Origin: Lachnospiraceae bacterium
GTDB taxonomy: Bacteria; Bacillota; Clostridia; Lachnospirales; Lachnospiraceae
Assembly: GCA_024693925.1 (NCBI GenBank)
Contig: JAILKH010000019.1
Span: 7,520 to 71,519 of the forward strand
Length of the DNA stretch: 64,000 bases
Direction: 5' to 3'
The notes beneath the pieces were generated by a model that had not been told where the DNA came from, did not search any database, and saw only the letters and a program-made list of their open reading frames with translations. A program made the translations under genes and the position numbers. Shown here piece by piece: positions 1-10,328 of the stretch. Position 1 is the first letter of the stretch, and the number at the start of each line of letters is the position of its first letter.

Positions 1-419
1 ATATTAAGTGTAAACGAATCCTTATCATTCATCTGATCTGTATTTACATATAAAGTGATTTCCTTTTGCTTTTCAATTTCAATCCTGTCACTGAAAGCCT
101 TCTCGGAAGAAGGTTCAAGAATTGTCTCACCAACAATAATATCCTCTTCACCAACACTTATGTTGATTTCTTTTGAAGTATCAATGTCATTATCAAGAAT
201 AACGTCATTGCTATCATCATTGATCAGAACATTTCCGTTATCCACTGCAGTATCATCAATGATCACACCATCCCCGGACGGACCCTCGATCATCGTATCG
301 CCCTGCCAGGTAGCACCCTCGCTGATCACAGTAGCTGTTACGCTGTATGTATTTTCCATAAGCATAGCAACCAATGCAAGCATTGCAATAGCTGATTTTA
401 ACAATCTCTTCTTTCTCAT
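1..419 (-). CDS. Secreted protein, N-terminal part only (gene runs off left edge)
   Basis: Absent from the ORF track because it has no stop in the window. Minus-strand ATG at 419 follows the SD AAGGAGAGG (420-431). Translation MRKKRLLKSAIAMLALVAMLMENTYSVTATVISEG... has a basic n-region plus hydrophobic core typical of a Sec signal peptide, then a D/N/I-rich sequence. Confidence 0.6.
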   Translation of the reverse strand, partial: MRKKRLLKSAIAMLALVAMLMENTYSVTATVISEGATWQGDTMIEGPSGDGVIIDDTAVDNGNVLINDDSNDVILDNDIDTSKEINISVGEEDIIVGETILEPSSEKAFSDRIEIEKQKEITLYVNTDQMNDKDSFTLN

Positions 420-530
420 TTTCCTCTCCTTTTTGAAGCATAAACATACTACTAGCCATAATCACATCACATTATAACATCTATTTTAAAAAAAATATAC
501 ACTATTTTAATAAAATATTCATAAAAACCC

Positions 531-564
531 CCAAAAAAATTACGGCGTGATCTTAGTCACGCCG
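531..564 (-). terminator. Rho-independent terminator after tpiA
   Basis: Minus strand reads CGGCGTGA-CTAAGA-TCACGCCG followed by TAATTTTTTTGG. Confidence 0.8.
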
Positions 565-607
565 CATTTATACTCTTACACTATTATTTTATCAATAATG
601 TGACACT

Positions 608-1354
608 TTATGCATTAACGATCTGTCCAAAATCCGGCTTCAATGAAGCTCCGCCAATCAAGCCGCCGTCTATATCAGGCTTACTGAGAAGCTCAGCAGC
701 ATTTGCAGCATTCATCGACCCACCATACTGAATACGAACCGACTCAGCAGTTGCAGCATCATAAAGTTCACAGATATAATCACGGATAAGCTTGCAAACC
801 TCCTGCGCCTGATCTGCTGTAGCAGTCTTGCCGGTGCCAATAGCCCAAATAGGTTCATATGCGATAACAAGATTTGCTACCTGTTCTGCACTAAGTCCAT
901 CAAGATCCCACTTGATCTGTCTCTTTATCCATTCTTCATATACACCTGCTTCGCGAAGTTCAAGGCTCTCTCCACAGCAAAGAATGGGCGAAAGTCCCGA
1001 AGCAAATGCTTTCTTAACCTTCTTATTAATAAGGATATCATTTTCGCCGAAAATATCTCTTCTTTCCGAATGACCGATAATAATGTATTTTACTCCGGCA
1101 TCTTTAAGCATGGGCGCCGAAATCTCTCCGGTATAAGCACCCTTATCTTCTATATAAAAGTTTTCTGCGCCAAGATCAACATTTGTTCCTTTAATAGCCT
1201 CAGCTACAGGCACTATATCTATAGCAGGTACACAATATACAACGTCTACATTATCATTTTTAACAAGATCCTTAAGTGTGTTGCAAAGTTCAACTGCCTC
1301 TGAAGGTGTCTTATTCATTTTCCAATTGCCGGCGATAATTCTTCTTCTTGCCAT
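608..1354 (-). CDS. tpiA: Triosephosphate isomerase
   Basis: Motifs [26 protein letters not shown] and YGGS. Start placed at the second ATG (1354), which lies 9 nt after AAAGGAG. ATG 1360 is also possible. Confidence 0.95.
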   Translation of the reverse strand: MARRRIIAGNWKMNKTPSEAVELCNTLKDLVKNDNVDVVYCVPAIDIVPVAEAIKGTNVDLGAENFYIEDKGAYTGEISAPMLKDAGVKYIIIGHSERRDIFGENDILINKKVKKAFASGLSPILCCGESLELREAGVYEEWIKRQIKWDLDGLSAEQVANLVIAYEPIWAIGTGKTATADQAQEVCKLIRDYICELYDAATAESVRIQYGGSMNAANAAELLSKPDIDGGLIGGASLKPDFGQIVNA

Positions 1355-1422
1355 AATCATATTCTCCTTTAAACCGTTATTATAATTTTCAACTTTACAG
1401 ATACAAGCCTCTGTCTGTCATA

Positions 1423-2655
1423 TTACTTATCATCAGCGGCATATACTCCCGGAAGTTCCTTACCCTCAAGGAATTCAAGAGAAGCTCCGCCACCTGTAGA
1501 AATATGGCTCATCTTGTCGGCAAATCCGAGCTGATTGCAGGCAGCTGCCGAATCACCGCCGCCGATAATCGTTGTAGCATCTGTCTCTGCAAGAGCTTTT
1601 GCTACAGCAATCGTACCTTTGGCAAGAGTAGGATTTTCAAACACTCCCATAGGTCCGTTCCATACAACTGTCTTTGCGGTCTTAACAGCATCTGCAAACA
1701 ATTCCTGAGTCTTAGGTCCGATATCAAGACCTTCCATGTCTGCCGGTATAGCATTTGAATCAACATATTTTACATCAACAGGACCATCGATAGGATCGGG
1801 GAAACCTGCAGCTATACCTGTATCAACAGGAAGAAGCAACTTCTTTCCTAATTTTGAAGCCTTCTCCATCATCTGCTTGCAATAATCAATTTTTTCGTTA
1901 TCCACTAACGACTTTCCGATCTCATTTCCCTGAGCCTTAAGGAAAGTAAATGCCATTCCTCCACCGATAATAAGAGTATCAGCCTTTTCAAGAAGATTAT
2001 CAATAACATTAAGCTTATCAGCAACTTTAGCACCGCCGAGAATAGCAACAAAAGGACGAACCGGATTCTCAACAGCATTACCGAGAAAATCTATTTCCTT
2101 CTGCATAAGGTAACCAACGGCATTAGTACCACCCTTCTCGGTTATATATTTAGTAACGACAGCTACGGAAGCGTGAGCTCTGTGAGCCGAACCGAACGCA
2201 TCACATACATAATCATCTGCCAGTTCCGAAAGTTCCTTTGCGAAAGCTTCACCGGCTTTTTGAGGTTTTGTTTCTTCTTCCCCCCTGAAACGTGTATTCT
2301 GAAGAAGAACAACATCCCCTTCCTTCATTGTTTCAACAGCCTTGGTAGCATCGGCACCGGTTACATTATAATCAGATACGAAATTAACTTCCTTACCCAA
2401 CTTCTCCGATAATCTTTTAGCTACAGGTGCAAGGCTTTCCTTCTCGTTAGGGCCTTCCTTAACCTTACCTAAATGTGAACAAAGAATAACCTTGGCTCCG
2501 TCGTTTATAAGTTTGTTAATGGTGGGAAGAGCGGCAACAATACGTGTCTCATCGGTAATCTCACCATTCTTCAGCGGCACATTAAAATCACACCTTACCA
2601 GAACTCTTCTTCCCTTTGCGTTAAGATCATCAACGCTTTTCTTGTTTAATGCCAT
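1423..2655 (-). CDS. pgk: Phosphoglycerate kinase
   Basis: RCDFNVPL near the N-terminus and [18 protein letters not shown] near the C-terminus. AGGAGG SD upstream of ATG 2655. Confidence 0.97.
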   Translation of the reverse strand: MALNKKSVDDLNAKGRRVLVRCDFNVPLKNGEITDETRIVAALPTINKLINDGAKVILCSHLGKVKEGPNEKESLAPVAKRLSEKLGKEVNFVSDYNVTGADATKAVETMKEGDVVLLQNTRFRGEEETKPQKAGEAFAKELSELADDYVCDAFGSAHRAHASVAVVTKYITEKGGTNAVGYLMQKEIDFLGNAVENPVRPFVAILGGAKVADKLNVIDNLLEKADTLIIGGGMAFTFLKAQGNEIGKSLVDNEKIDYCKQMMEKASKLGKKLLLPVDTGIAAGFPDPIDGPVDVKYVDSNAIPADMEGLDIGPKTQELFADAVKTAKTVVWNGPMGVFENPTLAKGTIAVAKALAETDATTIIGGGDSAAACNQLGFADKMSHISTGGGASLEFLEGKELPGVYAADDK

Positions 2656-2680
2656 ATCTAATTCCTCCTATTATTATATT

Positions 2681-2757
2681 CCGTAATCCGGATTACGGGT
2701 TTGAATGATTCTGTAGCTTGCGCATTGCTACAGAAACGCGCCGGCTGTCACCGACGC
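2681..2757 (-). promoter_or_regulatory. Structured pgk 5-prime leader (three stem-loops)
   Basis: GCGTCGG/CCGGCGC (2738-2757), CTGTAGC/GCTACAG (2711-2733) and the perfect palindrome CCGTAATCCGGATTACGG (2681-2698) lie between the promoter and the SD. Confidence 0.4.
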
Positions 2758-2762
2758 ATCAT

Positions 2763-2771
2763 ATTATAACA
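2763..2771 (-). promoter_or_regulatory. Extended -10 promoter (TGTTATAAT) for pgk-tpiA
   Basis: Minus strand reads AGTTATGTTATAATATG, about 105 nt upstream of the pgk ATG. The -35 is weak. Confidence 0.55.
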
Positions 2772-2803
2772 TAACTCATACATAAAATACATAGTGAATT
2801 TCC

Positions 2804-4894
2804 CTATTCTGTTTCATTACCAAAGTCAAAATCACCTTCAAGTATCAAAGATATTTCGGCATCCGGCTCCGCAACCAGGCGACGGGACTGATTCAATATC
2901 GCTTCTTCTATTTTATTTCTCACAAGCCGTCCGTTGCCGGCTTCACGGGCATTGTTTAATTGCGTAGCATTAAAGAAGTCCAGTAAAGGCCTTTTAGCTG
3001 CCTCATCTATTACATAGCCCTTGGACTTTGCAATTATTTCTGCTATTGCCAATAACTCTTCACCGGTATAATCCGGAAAATCAATTATGTTGGGGAAACG
3101 GCTCTTAAGACCCGAATTTGCTTCAAGAAACCCTTCCATTTCATAACTGTATCCGGCAAGAATAACTATAAGATCATCCCGGTTATCCTCTATTCCTTTT
3201 ACCAGTGTATCTATAGCTTCCAATCCGAAGCTGTCTTCCTCTCCCCGATAAAGGCTGTATGCCTCATCAATAAAAAGTACGCCTCCCAAGGCTGATTTTA
3301 TAACCTGATTAACAAGCGGTGCGGTATGCCCAACATATCTTCCCACAAGGTCTCCCCTGGAAACTTCCACAAGCTGGCCTCCGCTCAAAACACCTATCGC
3401 CTTAAGATAACGGCTGACTATCCTTGCAATGGTAGTCTTACCCGTTCCGGGATTACCGGTAAAGATCATATGGCGATTTAATTCACCGGCCTTAAGCCCT
3501 TCTTCTCTTCGGCGTTTCTGCACCTCATAATATTCTTTCAGGCCATGGATATAATCCTTGATCTCAGCAAGACCCACAATATTATCAAGTTCCTTCTCAA
3601 CCTCGTCAAGTTCACCGGAATAAGCCTGTGAAATATAATCCGAAAAAAGTATCTTAACATCTTCAACAACCAGTTTTGCAATATTATCTTCGCAAATAAT
3701 ACCCAAAGAATTTCCGTGCCCCGGATCAGTTTCGAGTTTATATTCCTCCAAAACCCGCAAAGCATCATCATAAAACCTTATAACACCACCGAGCCCCCTG
3801 CCTTTGGATGCATTGGACAAGGCGTTATTCTTATAACTGTCATCTACGATCAATTCATAACCCAGCTGTTTTTTTGCCCTAAGGATCAGATCCGCCGCCA
3901 GTTCATCGGATATTCTTCCCATTGCCTCTCTTGTCAATTCCTCGGTTATACATATATCTCCAAGCGAATTAACAAAGGGAGCTCCCATAATATCAGCAAA
4001 TCCGGAGACTGTCTCCGTGCCCAGAAAGATCAGATACTTACCGGTTGCCTCAAGTGCGGAAACCGTCTTTCCGGCCAGAGCATTGGAAACGCCCACAAGC
4101 TGTCCGTTCTGCATAATATACCTGTCATTAAGCTTACTCTCTCCGGTTGTCACAAGCTCGGATAACCGTCCCAGGAAGGTCACATTGCATGCGGAAAAAT
4201 TCTCAAATAAAATTACGGGAGAATTACTCTTAAGCGCCGAAAAAAGATCCTGTATAAAGAGCTTCTCTTCGGCAGAGGTGGGATATAAAGAAAGATCCAT
4301 CTTATATATCCCGGCATTTGTAATAATATTCCGTGCTTTCAATTCTTCGGTAAGAAGCTTAAGCGAATAATGTCTGCCTGAATTTACCGGCCCTGATATA
4401 AATATACTGTTCAACGCATCATTTGAATCTCTTTCCGAAACAAACGGTCGTTTAAAAGCAATGATCAGTTTTTTAAGATACCTGTCCTGTCCGTAAATTT
4501 TTTCCAGTAATTTTTCATTTATTCCGGAAAAACTTTCAAGAGAATTACCTTCCGTAATAATACCCGGATCCGTTTTATCCGATACACTTGCGATTTTAAC
4601 AGATTTATTCATATCCGGAGAAAAAGAAAAATCATTTTTCAAATTATTATTGATCTCATTTAGGGTTTCCTTTATATCCGTCGTATTACCGGTTTTTTCC
4701 GGCATCTTTATGGATTCAAGAGGTTTATGCCCGGTACGTTCCTGTGTGATCACGGAAAGATTATCATATAAAGTCCCTCCGTATTTTTTCTGACGTTTCT
4801 TTGCCGCTTCTATATCCTCCATCGAATAATTGGCACGGCTTCCTCCAAACATTTTATTCATCTGATCAGCAAAATCACTCATATCGGTCTCCAT
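2804..4894 (-). CDS. AAA+ ATPase, SpoVK/CbbX-like C-terminal module with a degenerate N-terminal P-loop module
   Basis: C-terminal half has Walker A GNPGTGKTT, Walker B VLFIDEAY and LIVILAGY...LKSRF, as in SpoVK/CbbX-type AAA. The N-terminal half has a decayed P-loop (GPVNSGRH). ATG 4882 (M5) has the better SD (GGAGA 6 nt upstream). Confidence 0.8.
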   Translation of the reverse strand: METDMSDFADQMNKMFGGSRANYSMEDIEAAKKRQKKYGGTLYDNLSVITQERTGHKPLESIKMPEKTGNTTDIKETLNEINNNLKNDFSFSPDMNKSVKIASVSDKTDPGIITEGNSLESFSGINEKLLEKIYGQDRYLKKLIIAFKRPFVSERDSNDALNSIFISGPVNSGRHYSLKLLTEELKARNIITNAGIYKMDLSLYPTSAEEKLFIQDLFSALKSNSPVILFENFSACNVTFLGRLSELVTTGESKLNDRYIMQNGQLVGVSNALAGKTVSALEATGKYLIFLGTETVSGFADIMGAPFVNSLGDICITEELTREAMGRISDELAADLILRAKKQLGYELIVDDSYKNNALSNASKGRGLGGVIRFYDDALRVLEEYKLETDPGHGNSLGIICEDNIAKLVVEDVKILFSDYISQAYSGELDEVEKELDNIVGLAEIKDYIHGLKEYYEVQKRRREEGLKAGELNRHMIFTGNPGTGKTTIARIVSRYLKAIGVLSGGQLVEVSRGDLVGRYVGHTAPLVNQVIKSALGGVLFIDEAYSLYRGEEDSFGLEAIDTLVKGIEDNRDDLIVILAGYSYEMEGFLEANSGLKSRFPNIIDFPDYTGEELLAIAEIIAKSKGYVIDEAAKRPLLDFFNATQLNNAREAGNGRLVRNKIEEAILNQSRRLVAEPDAEISLILEGDFDFGNETE

Positions 4895-4945
4895 TATCTT
4901 ACAAAGCTTTTATTTAATCCAAGTACCATCCGGTTCTCAGCAGCC

Positions 4946-4954
4946 ATTATAACA
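4946..4954 (-). promoter_or_regulatory. Extended -10 promoter (TGTTATAAT) for the AAA+ gene
   Basis: Minus strand reads CTTTTATGTTATAATGG, immediately after the gap terminator. Confidence 0.55.
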
Positions 4955-4981
4955 TAAAAGGTCCGGTCATGGGACCGGACC
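4950..4981 (-). terminator. Rho-independent terminator after gap
   Basis: Minus strand reads GGTCCGGTC-CCAT-GACCGGACC followed by TTTTATGTT. Confidence 0.8.
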
Positions 4982-5006
4982 CTAATAATCTTTAACAAAA
5001 TTTAAA

Positions 5007-6008
5007 TCAGCCTAATTCCGAGAAATACTTAATAGTACGAACCATCTGAGAAGTATAGCTGTTTTCATTATCATACCATGAAACAACCTGAACAAGGTTA
5101 TCCTGACCAACCATTGTCTGAGTTGCATCAAAGATTGAACCATAAGTTGAACCAACGATATCCGAAGAAACAATCTCTTCCTCATTGTATCCGAATGACT
5201 CATTAGAAGCTGCCTTCATAGCTGCATTGATCTCTTCCTTAGTAACTGACTTCTCTACTGTAGCAACAAGGATAGTTGTTGAACCGGTAGGAGTAGGAAC
5301 ACGCTGAACCGATCCGATAAGCTTTCCGTTAAGTTCGGGAATAACAAGACCGATTGCCTTTGCAGCACCTGTTGAGTTAGGAACGATATTTACAGCGCCT
5401 GCACGAGATCTTCTTAAATCACCCTTTCTCTGAGGTCCGTCAAGGATCATCTGATCACCTGTATATGCATGAATTGTGCTCATGATACCTGACTTGATAG
5501 TAGCAAGGTCATTAAGAGCCTTAGCCATAGGTGCAAGACAGTTCGTTGTACAAGAAGCAGCTGAGATGATCTTGTCATCCTTTGTAAGTGTATTATGGTT
5601 AACATTATATACGATAGTAGGAAGGTCATTTCCTGCAGGAGCGGAAATTACTACCTTCTTAGCACCGGCATTGATATGAGCCTGAGCCTTGTCTTTAGAT
5701 GTATAGAAGCCTGAGCACTCAAGAACAACGTCTACATCAAGATCCTTCCAGGGACAGTTATTTGCATCGGGCTCTTTGTAGATCTTAAGTGTCTTACCAT
5801 CAACAGTGATTGAATCCTCACCTGCAGAAACCTTATCAGCCAGTGCATATTTTCCCTGTGATGAATCATACTTAAGAAGATGAGCCAACATCTTAGGAGA
5901 TGTTAAATCGTTAATTGCTACTACTTCGTATCCCTCAGCACCAAACATCTGTCTAAATGCAAGACGACCGATACGACCAAAACCGTTAATTGCTACTTTT
6001 ACTGACAT
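5007..6008 (-). CDS. gap: Glyceraldehyde-3-phosphate dehydrogenase
   Basis: [12 protein letters not shown]-binding motif and active-site SCTTNCLAP. 333 aa, AGGAGG SD. Confidence 0.97.
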   Translation of the reverse strand: MSVKVAINGFGRIGRLAFRQMFGAEGYEVVAINDLTSPKMLAHLLKYDSSQGKYALADKVSAGEDSITVDGKTLKIYKEPDANNCPWKDLDVDVVLECSGFYTSKDKAQAHINAGAKKVVISAPAGNDLPTIVYNVNHNTLTKDDKIISAASCTTNCLAPMAKALNDLATIKSGIMSTIHAYTGDQMILDGPQRKGDLRRSRAGAVNIVPNSTGAAKAIGLVIPELNGKLIGSVQRVPTPTGSTTILVATVEKSVTKEEINAAMKAASNESFGYNEEEIVSSDIVGSTYGSIFDATQTMVGQDNLVQVVSWYDNENSYTSQMVRTIKYFSELG

Positions 6009-6073
6009 ATTACATTCCTCCTAGAAATATTTAATCAAGCACGCATACAGCGCACAGATTTCCGTTACACCAT

Positions 6074-6102
6074 ATTTTAAACGCAATAATCATAAAATAC
6101 AA
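6074..6102 (-). promoter_or_regulatory. Candidate sigma-A promoter for gap
   Basis: Minus strand reads TTGTAT-17 nt-TAAAAT, about 60 nt upstream of the ATG. Confidence 0.35.
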
Positions 6103-6219
6103 GAGTTAATTTTATATTCTTAATATATACAATATTCATTTGCCCCTTGCAGTTTCCCATTTTAGGTTATGATAACCGGTACTTTATCTTAAAACCCTTC
6201 GAACATATGAGTTTATGGC

Positions 6220-7095
6220 CTAGATCATCAGATCGTAAAATTCAGGCCTTCTCTCCTTAAAAATACAATAATGTGTATATCCAAGTTCCAGAAGCAGCTT
6301 ACGGGCTCTTTCAAATTCCGCCGCAACGTAGCGGGGTTCATGGGCATCAGACCCCACAGTTATTATCTCTCCCCCAAGATCATGATATCTTTTTAAAATG
6401 TCAATGCCGGGATTAGGCGCATTCCCGAGTTTTCTGAAACCGGCCGTATTTATTTCAATACCCTTTCCCCGTTTGATCAGCTGAGCCAGTATTTCTTCAA
6501 GCACCTCTGCATGATCACCGTAAAAAAATTCTTCATTTTTCTTCGGACCGTATCTTACTATATAATCAATATGCCCATATACATCATAACCGTCAAATAA
6601 GCATATGCTTTCAAGTACTCTCTCAAAATATCTCCTGTATGCCTCTTTTTCACCAATCTCTTCATATATGTCGGGATAATATACATCCACACCATCCAGA
6701 AGATGCAGAGAACCTATAACAAAATCAAAGGGATATTTTTTTATATAAGCTTCGTTATGCTCCCTTAAATGAGGCTGAAATCCATATTCAATACCAAAAA
6801 GCAATTCCATTCTTCCTTTATATTTTTCACGACACTTCAAAAAATGTTCGTAATATGCTTTTGTATCAACTTCAAAGGGCCTATGATCCGTCGTTTTTTC
6901 CCCCGTTTGCGCATCCGGCCAGTCTTTGTCCATATGCTCCGTAAAACACATATATTTAAGTCCCGCCAAAATGCCGGCCTCTATCTGTTCCTCCAACGGA
7001 GCTTGGGAATCCTCCGAGTGAGATGAATGCAAATGATAATCCGCCAGTATCATATTATTCCGTATCCTTCCCGGCCTCATAGTATAACGGGCCAT
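6220..7095 (-). CDS. PHP-family histidinol-phosphatase-like protein (HisJ/HisK family)
   Basis: N-terminal DYHLHSSHSED and C-terminal GSDAHEP metal-binding motifs of the PHP fold. The internal ATG at 7053 (MILADYHLH) may be the true start. Confidence 0.7.
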   Translation of the reverse strand: MARYTMRPGRIRNNMILADYHLHSSHSEDSQAPLEEQIEAGILAGLKYMCFTEHMDKDWPDAQTGEKTTDHRPFEVDTKAYYEHFLKCREKYKGRMELLFGIEYGFQPHLREHNEAYIKKYPFDFVIGSLHLLDGVDVYYPDIYEEIGEKEAYRRYFERVLESICLFDGYDVYGHIDYIVRYGPKKNEEFFYGDHAEVLEEILAQLIKRGKGIEINTAGFRKLGNAPNPGIDILKRYHDLGGEIITVGSDAHEPRYVAAEFERARKLLLELGYTHYCIFKERRPEFYDLMI

Positions 7096-7104
7096 TTTTG
7101 ATGA

Positions 7105-8262
7105 TCAAATCCTGTTTCTTCGTATTTTCTCCATTATTTCAAAAAAAATATCAATTTCCTCTTCCGTATTATTCTCATCCAGAGATATCCTTACCGTTCC
7201 GGATAACTCCCGCGCAGAGAGCCCCACCGCTTTAAGTACATGGGAATCGGCATAATAAGAAGATGCACAGGCCGCTCCGGCGGACACACATATGTCTTCC
7301 ATGGCCATCCTGACAACAAACTCCTCTTTTTCCATCCAGGGTACGTATATTCCAAAAAGTCCTGGAAGAACTCTCTCCTTATCCCTGTCACCCGTACTCA
7401 ATCTGCAGGAACTATCCTTAAGCCTTAATACAAAATAATCTTCCAGCTTCCTTCTTACCTTAAGAGCTTCTTCTGCATTTATATTACACCTTAATGCCGC
7501 AGCCGCCATTCCCACAATAGCCGGAACATTTTCCGTACCTCCTCTTCTGCCTCTTTCCTGCATTCCTCCATGAATAAATGGATCAATATCCACCTTTTCA
7601 TCAACATAAATAAATCCCACACCCTTAGGCCCGTTAAACTTATGTGCAGAGGTTGACATAATATCGATACCCAATTCTTTTACATCTATGGGAATATGTC
7701 CGTAAGCAGCCACTGCATCCGTATGAAATAATATACCGTTGTTTCCGGCAACTTCCGCTATTTCTCTAACCGGCTGTATGGTCCCAAGCTCATTATTTAC
7801 CATCATTACCGAAATAAGAAAAGTACTTTCATTTATATGCTTTATAACATTTTCAGCCGTTATCCGTCCCGTTCTGTCAGGTTTAACGTAACTGACTCTG
7901 TATCCCTTACTTTCAAGCCACCTGCAGGATTCAAGTACTGCTTTGTGTTCTATTTCGCTGACAACAATATGATCCTTTTTCCCTTTCTTTTTACAGGGCT
8001 GCAAAACACCTGCCCTTTCCGCTATTCCCTTAATTGCCCAATTATCCGCCTCCGTACCTCCGGCGGTAAAAAATATTTCTTTATTACCGGCATTAAGGGT
8101 TCTTGCAATATTCTCCCTTGCAGTTTCCACAAGTATTTTCGCATCCCTGCCTTTTTTATACAAAGCCCCGGGATTTCCGTACTCCGACTCAAGGCATTTA
8201 ACCATCTCTTCAAAAGCTTCTTTACATAAAGCCGTTGTTGCTGCATTATCAAAATATATCAT
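7105..8262 (-). CDS. Cysteine desulfurase (class V aminotransferase, NifS/IscS family)
   Basis: PLP-lysine motif SAHKFNGPKGVGFIY and C-terminal active-site Cys loop SAGAACAS. Confidence 0.85.
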   Translation of the reverse strand: MIYFDNAATTALCKEAFEEMVKCLESEYGNPGALYKKGRDAKILVETARENIARTLNAGNKEIFFTAGGTEADNWAIKGIAERAGVLQPCKKKGKKDHIVVSEIEHKAVLESCRWLESKGYRVSYVKPDRTGRITAENVIKHINESTFLISVMMVNNELGTIQPVREIAEVAGNNGILFHTDAVAAYGHIPIDVKELGIDIMSTSAHKFNGPKGVGFIYVDEKVDIDPFIHGGMQERGRRGGTENVPAIVGMAAAALRCNINAEEALKVRRKLEDYFVLRLKDSSCRLSTGDRDKERVLPGLFGIYVPWMEKEEFVVRMAMEDICVSAGAACASSYYADSHVLKAVGLSARELSGTVRISLDENNTEEEIDIFFEIMEKIRRNRI

Positions 8263-8268
8263 CCCCGT

Positions 8269-9066
8269 TTATTCTCCGATCCTTTTCGAAAATAACCATT
8301 CCCATATTTGAGTATTTAGGGGATCGGATACCGCCACCCAGGAACAATGGGGATGTACCCCGTATTTTTCCATCATATATCCTTTGGCATATTCAGTATA
8401 TCTAAGTTCCCCGGTTCCATCACCTTCTTTACCATATTTATCATATATATCCCTCGAACCCAGATATCCCATACTGCCCATTGTGTTCTTATAGGATGCC
8501 TTGACAATAGTGTCATCCTCCGCATGGACCATCCAAAGATGGGTACTTCTGATATTATCCATCTGTGTCCCCCCGGTAGCGGCACAGATAGAGATCGCAG
8601 CAGCAAAAAAATCCGGTCTTTCTTTTATAAGCTTTAAAACCCCCACTCCTCCCGCGCTGTATCCATATATGTATATCCTTCCTTTATCTATATTCCCGTA
8701 TCTTTCCGATATATAATCAATAAGTTCCCATAGAGCAGATTTAATTTCCTTCATCGTCCAATGTTTCATTTCTCCGTATTGAGGCGCAAGAATATAACAC
8801 GGATGCTCTTTCTGAGCATTTTCCTTAACTCTGCAGGTACCTATATCATGCATGGATAACTGAAGTTCGTTATCGTCTCCCGCAGCATCTGCTCCATGAA
8901 GATAGATCACAAGAGGCAATAAAGCCAATGTATTATCTTCCGGTATGTACATCCTGTATAACAGTTCCGCACTCTTACTTTTATAAGTATATTTACCGAA
9001 TTTTTTTACCAGCCGTCCGTTATCCTTATCAGCCTCATCCCAATTGGGGGGTAATATCATTTTCAT
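8269..9066 (-). CDS. Alpha/beta-hydrolase (putative esterase)
   Basis: Nucleophile elbow YGYSAGG (GxSxG) and IYLHGADAAG. The ORF-track start at 9084 is TTG. ATG 9066 has the SD GGAGAA 6 nt upstream. Confidence 0.7.
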   Translation of the reverse strand: MKMILPPNWDEADKDNGRLVKKFGKYTYKSKSAELLYRMYIPEDNTLALLPLVIYLHGADAAGDDNELQLSMHDIGTCRVKENAQKEHPCYILAPQYGEMKHWTMKEIKSALWELIDYISERYGNIDKGRIYIYGYSAGGVGVLKLIKERPDFFAAAISICAATGGTQMDNIRSTHLWMVHAEDDTIVKASYKNTMGSMGYLGSRDIYDKYGKEGDGTGELRYTEYAKGYMMEKYGVHPHCSWVAVSDPLNTQIWEWLFSKRIGE

Positions 9067-9109
9067 GCTTAATTCTCCGTTCAAGATAATAAAAACACAT
9101 CTCCATTAA

Positions 9110-9155
9110 AGCATTTTAAAAAAACAAAGTAAAGGCTCATCCTCTGGGATGAGCC
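9110..9155 (-). terminator. Rho-independent terminator overlapping the xerD stop
   Basis: Minus strand reads GGCTCATCC-CAGA-GGATGAGCC followed by TTTACTTTGTTTTTTT. The stem includes the last xerD codons. Confidence 0.7.
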
Positions 9156-10021
9156 CTGTTATATACTTCTCTTATATGATTATGATTCATATTTGCATAT
9201 ATTTGCGTTGTGGAAATATCCGAATGTCCCAGCATTTCCTGTACCGATCTTAAATCTGCACCATTTTCAACCAAATGTGCCGCAAAGGAATGTCTTAGGG
9301 TATGCGGCGTGATATCTGCAGCGATCCCGGCTTTTTTTGCATAATGCTTTATAAGCTTCCAAAAACCCTGCCGGCTCATATGTTGTCCGGAACAATTGGC
9401 AAACAGAAGCTTTGATGTCCTATCACTGACCATTGCTTCACGAGCCTGTTTAAGATATCTGGTAAGCGCCTCCTTGGCAGCATTACCAAATGGAATAACT
9501 CTTTCCTTGTTTCCCTCCGAACACATAAGATAACTCATTTTAAGATTTACATCATCTATTTGCAGATTAATAAGTTCCGTTACTCTTATACCCGTTGCAT
9601 ATAACAATTCAAGCATTGCCTTATCACGGATTTCCTTGGGAGAATCGCCTTTAGGCTGTTCCAGAAGCTTTACAACTTCTTCCATCGTAAGAATCTCGGG
9701 AAACTTCTTTTCTATCTTTGGAGCTTTCAATAACAACGAAGGATCCGACTGAAGCCTGTCCACAGAAATAAGATAATGAAAAAAAGCCTTAAACGAGGCA
9801 ATACTCCTGGAAACCGTTGCCGGCTTCGCGCCCTCATTAAGCATCTCATCAACATATTCTTTCAAAATCCCGGGGCCGACTTCATTAATATCCTTAACCC
9901 CCCTGGCTTCCAGATAAAGAACCAGCTTTTTAAGATCTCTCCGGTATGACTGTTCAGTATTTAAAGATGCTTTTTTGACATTATGTAAATAAGTTATAAA
10001 ATCACTTACAGATTGTTGCAT
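9137..10021 (-). CDS. xerD: Tyrosine recombinase XerD/XerC family
   Basis: C-terminal HTLRHSFAAHLVENGADLRSVQEMLGHSDISTTQIYA (R-H-R-Y catalytic region). Start moved to ATG 10021 (MQQSVSDFITYL) because a TTGCTT-17-TATAAT promoter lies inside the longer ORF. Confidence 0.85.
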   Translation of the reverse strand: MQQSVSDFITYLHNVKKASLNTEQSYRRDLKKLVLYLEARGVKDINEVGPGILKEYVDEMLNEGAKPATVSRSIASFKAFFHYLISVDRLQSDPSLLLKAPKIEKKFPEILTMEEVVKLLEQPKGDSPKEIRDKAMLELLYATGIRVTELINLQIDDVNLKMSYLMCSEGNKERVIPFGNAAKEALTRYLKQAREAMVSDRTSKLLFANCSGQHMSRQGFWKLIKHYAKKAGIAADITPHTLRHSFAAHLVENGADLRSVQEMLGHSDISTTQIYANMNHNHIREVYNRAHPRG

Positions 10022-10082
10022 GTAATAAAAGATACCCTTCTTCCCATAAAAAAAGCTGGGATTTATGTTCCAGACAAACCTT

Positions 10083-10111
10083 ATTATAATAAGATTTTCA
10101 GAGAAAAGCAA
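10083..10111 (-). promoter_or_regulatory. Candidate sigma-A promoter for xerD
   Basis: Minus strand reads TTGCTT-17 nt-TATAAT. Confidence 0.5.
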
Positions 10112-10328
10112 TTGCAATTTTTCCCTAAAAATCAAGGGTTAGAGCGTTTTCTGTCTGATTACGCAAGATATTGACCGGGATATTTTTCAAACAACAATAT
10201 ATTGTGATTAAATGTATTTTTTATTTTTCAGAATTATTTTCAATTGATAAAACAGCTCCATATTGTTTACATAATATGAATACCGGTTTACATTTGTTTA
10301 TGCATATCTCCCAAAATCCATGATCGGT

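Noticed and set aside
55-477. 140-aa plus-strand ORF, and the 256-465 minus-strand ORF, at the left edge
   Set aside because: A third reading (minus strand, ATG 419) has a strong SD and a clear signal peptide and runs off the window. The listed ORFs are low-complexity shadows of it.
9137-10021. xerD as the integrase of a mobile island
   Set aside because: It has the housekeeping XerD signature and the usual nudF-linked context. I saw no flanking direct repeats, tRNA target or cargo genes.
10022-10135. N-terminal extension of the xerD ORF
   Set aside because: A TTGCTT-17-TATAAT promoter lies inside it, and the extension (MIFREKLQLLFSENLIIIRFVW...) is not part of the recombinase fold. ATG 10021 gives a normal XerD N-terminus.
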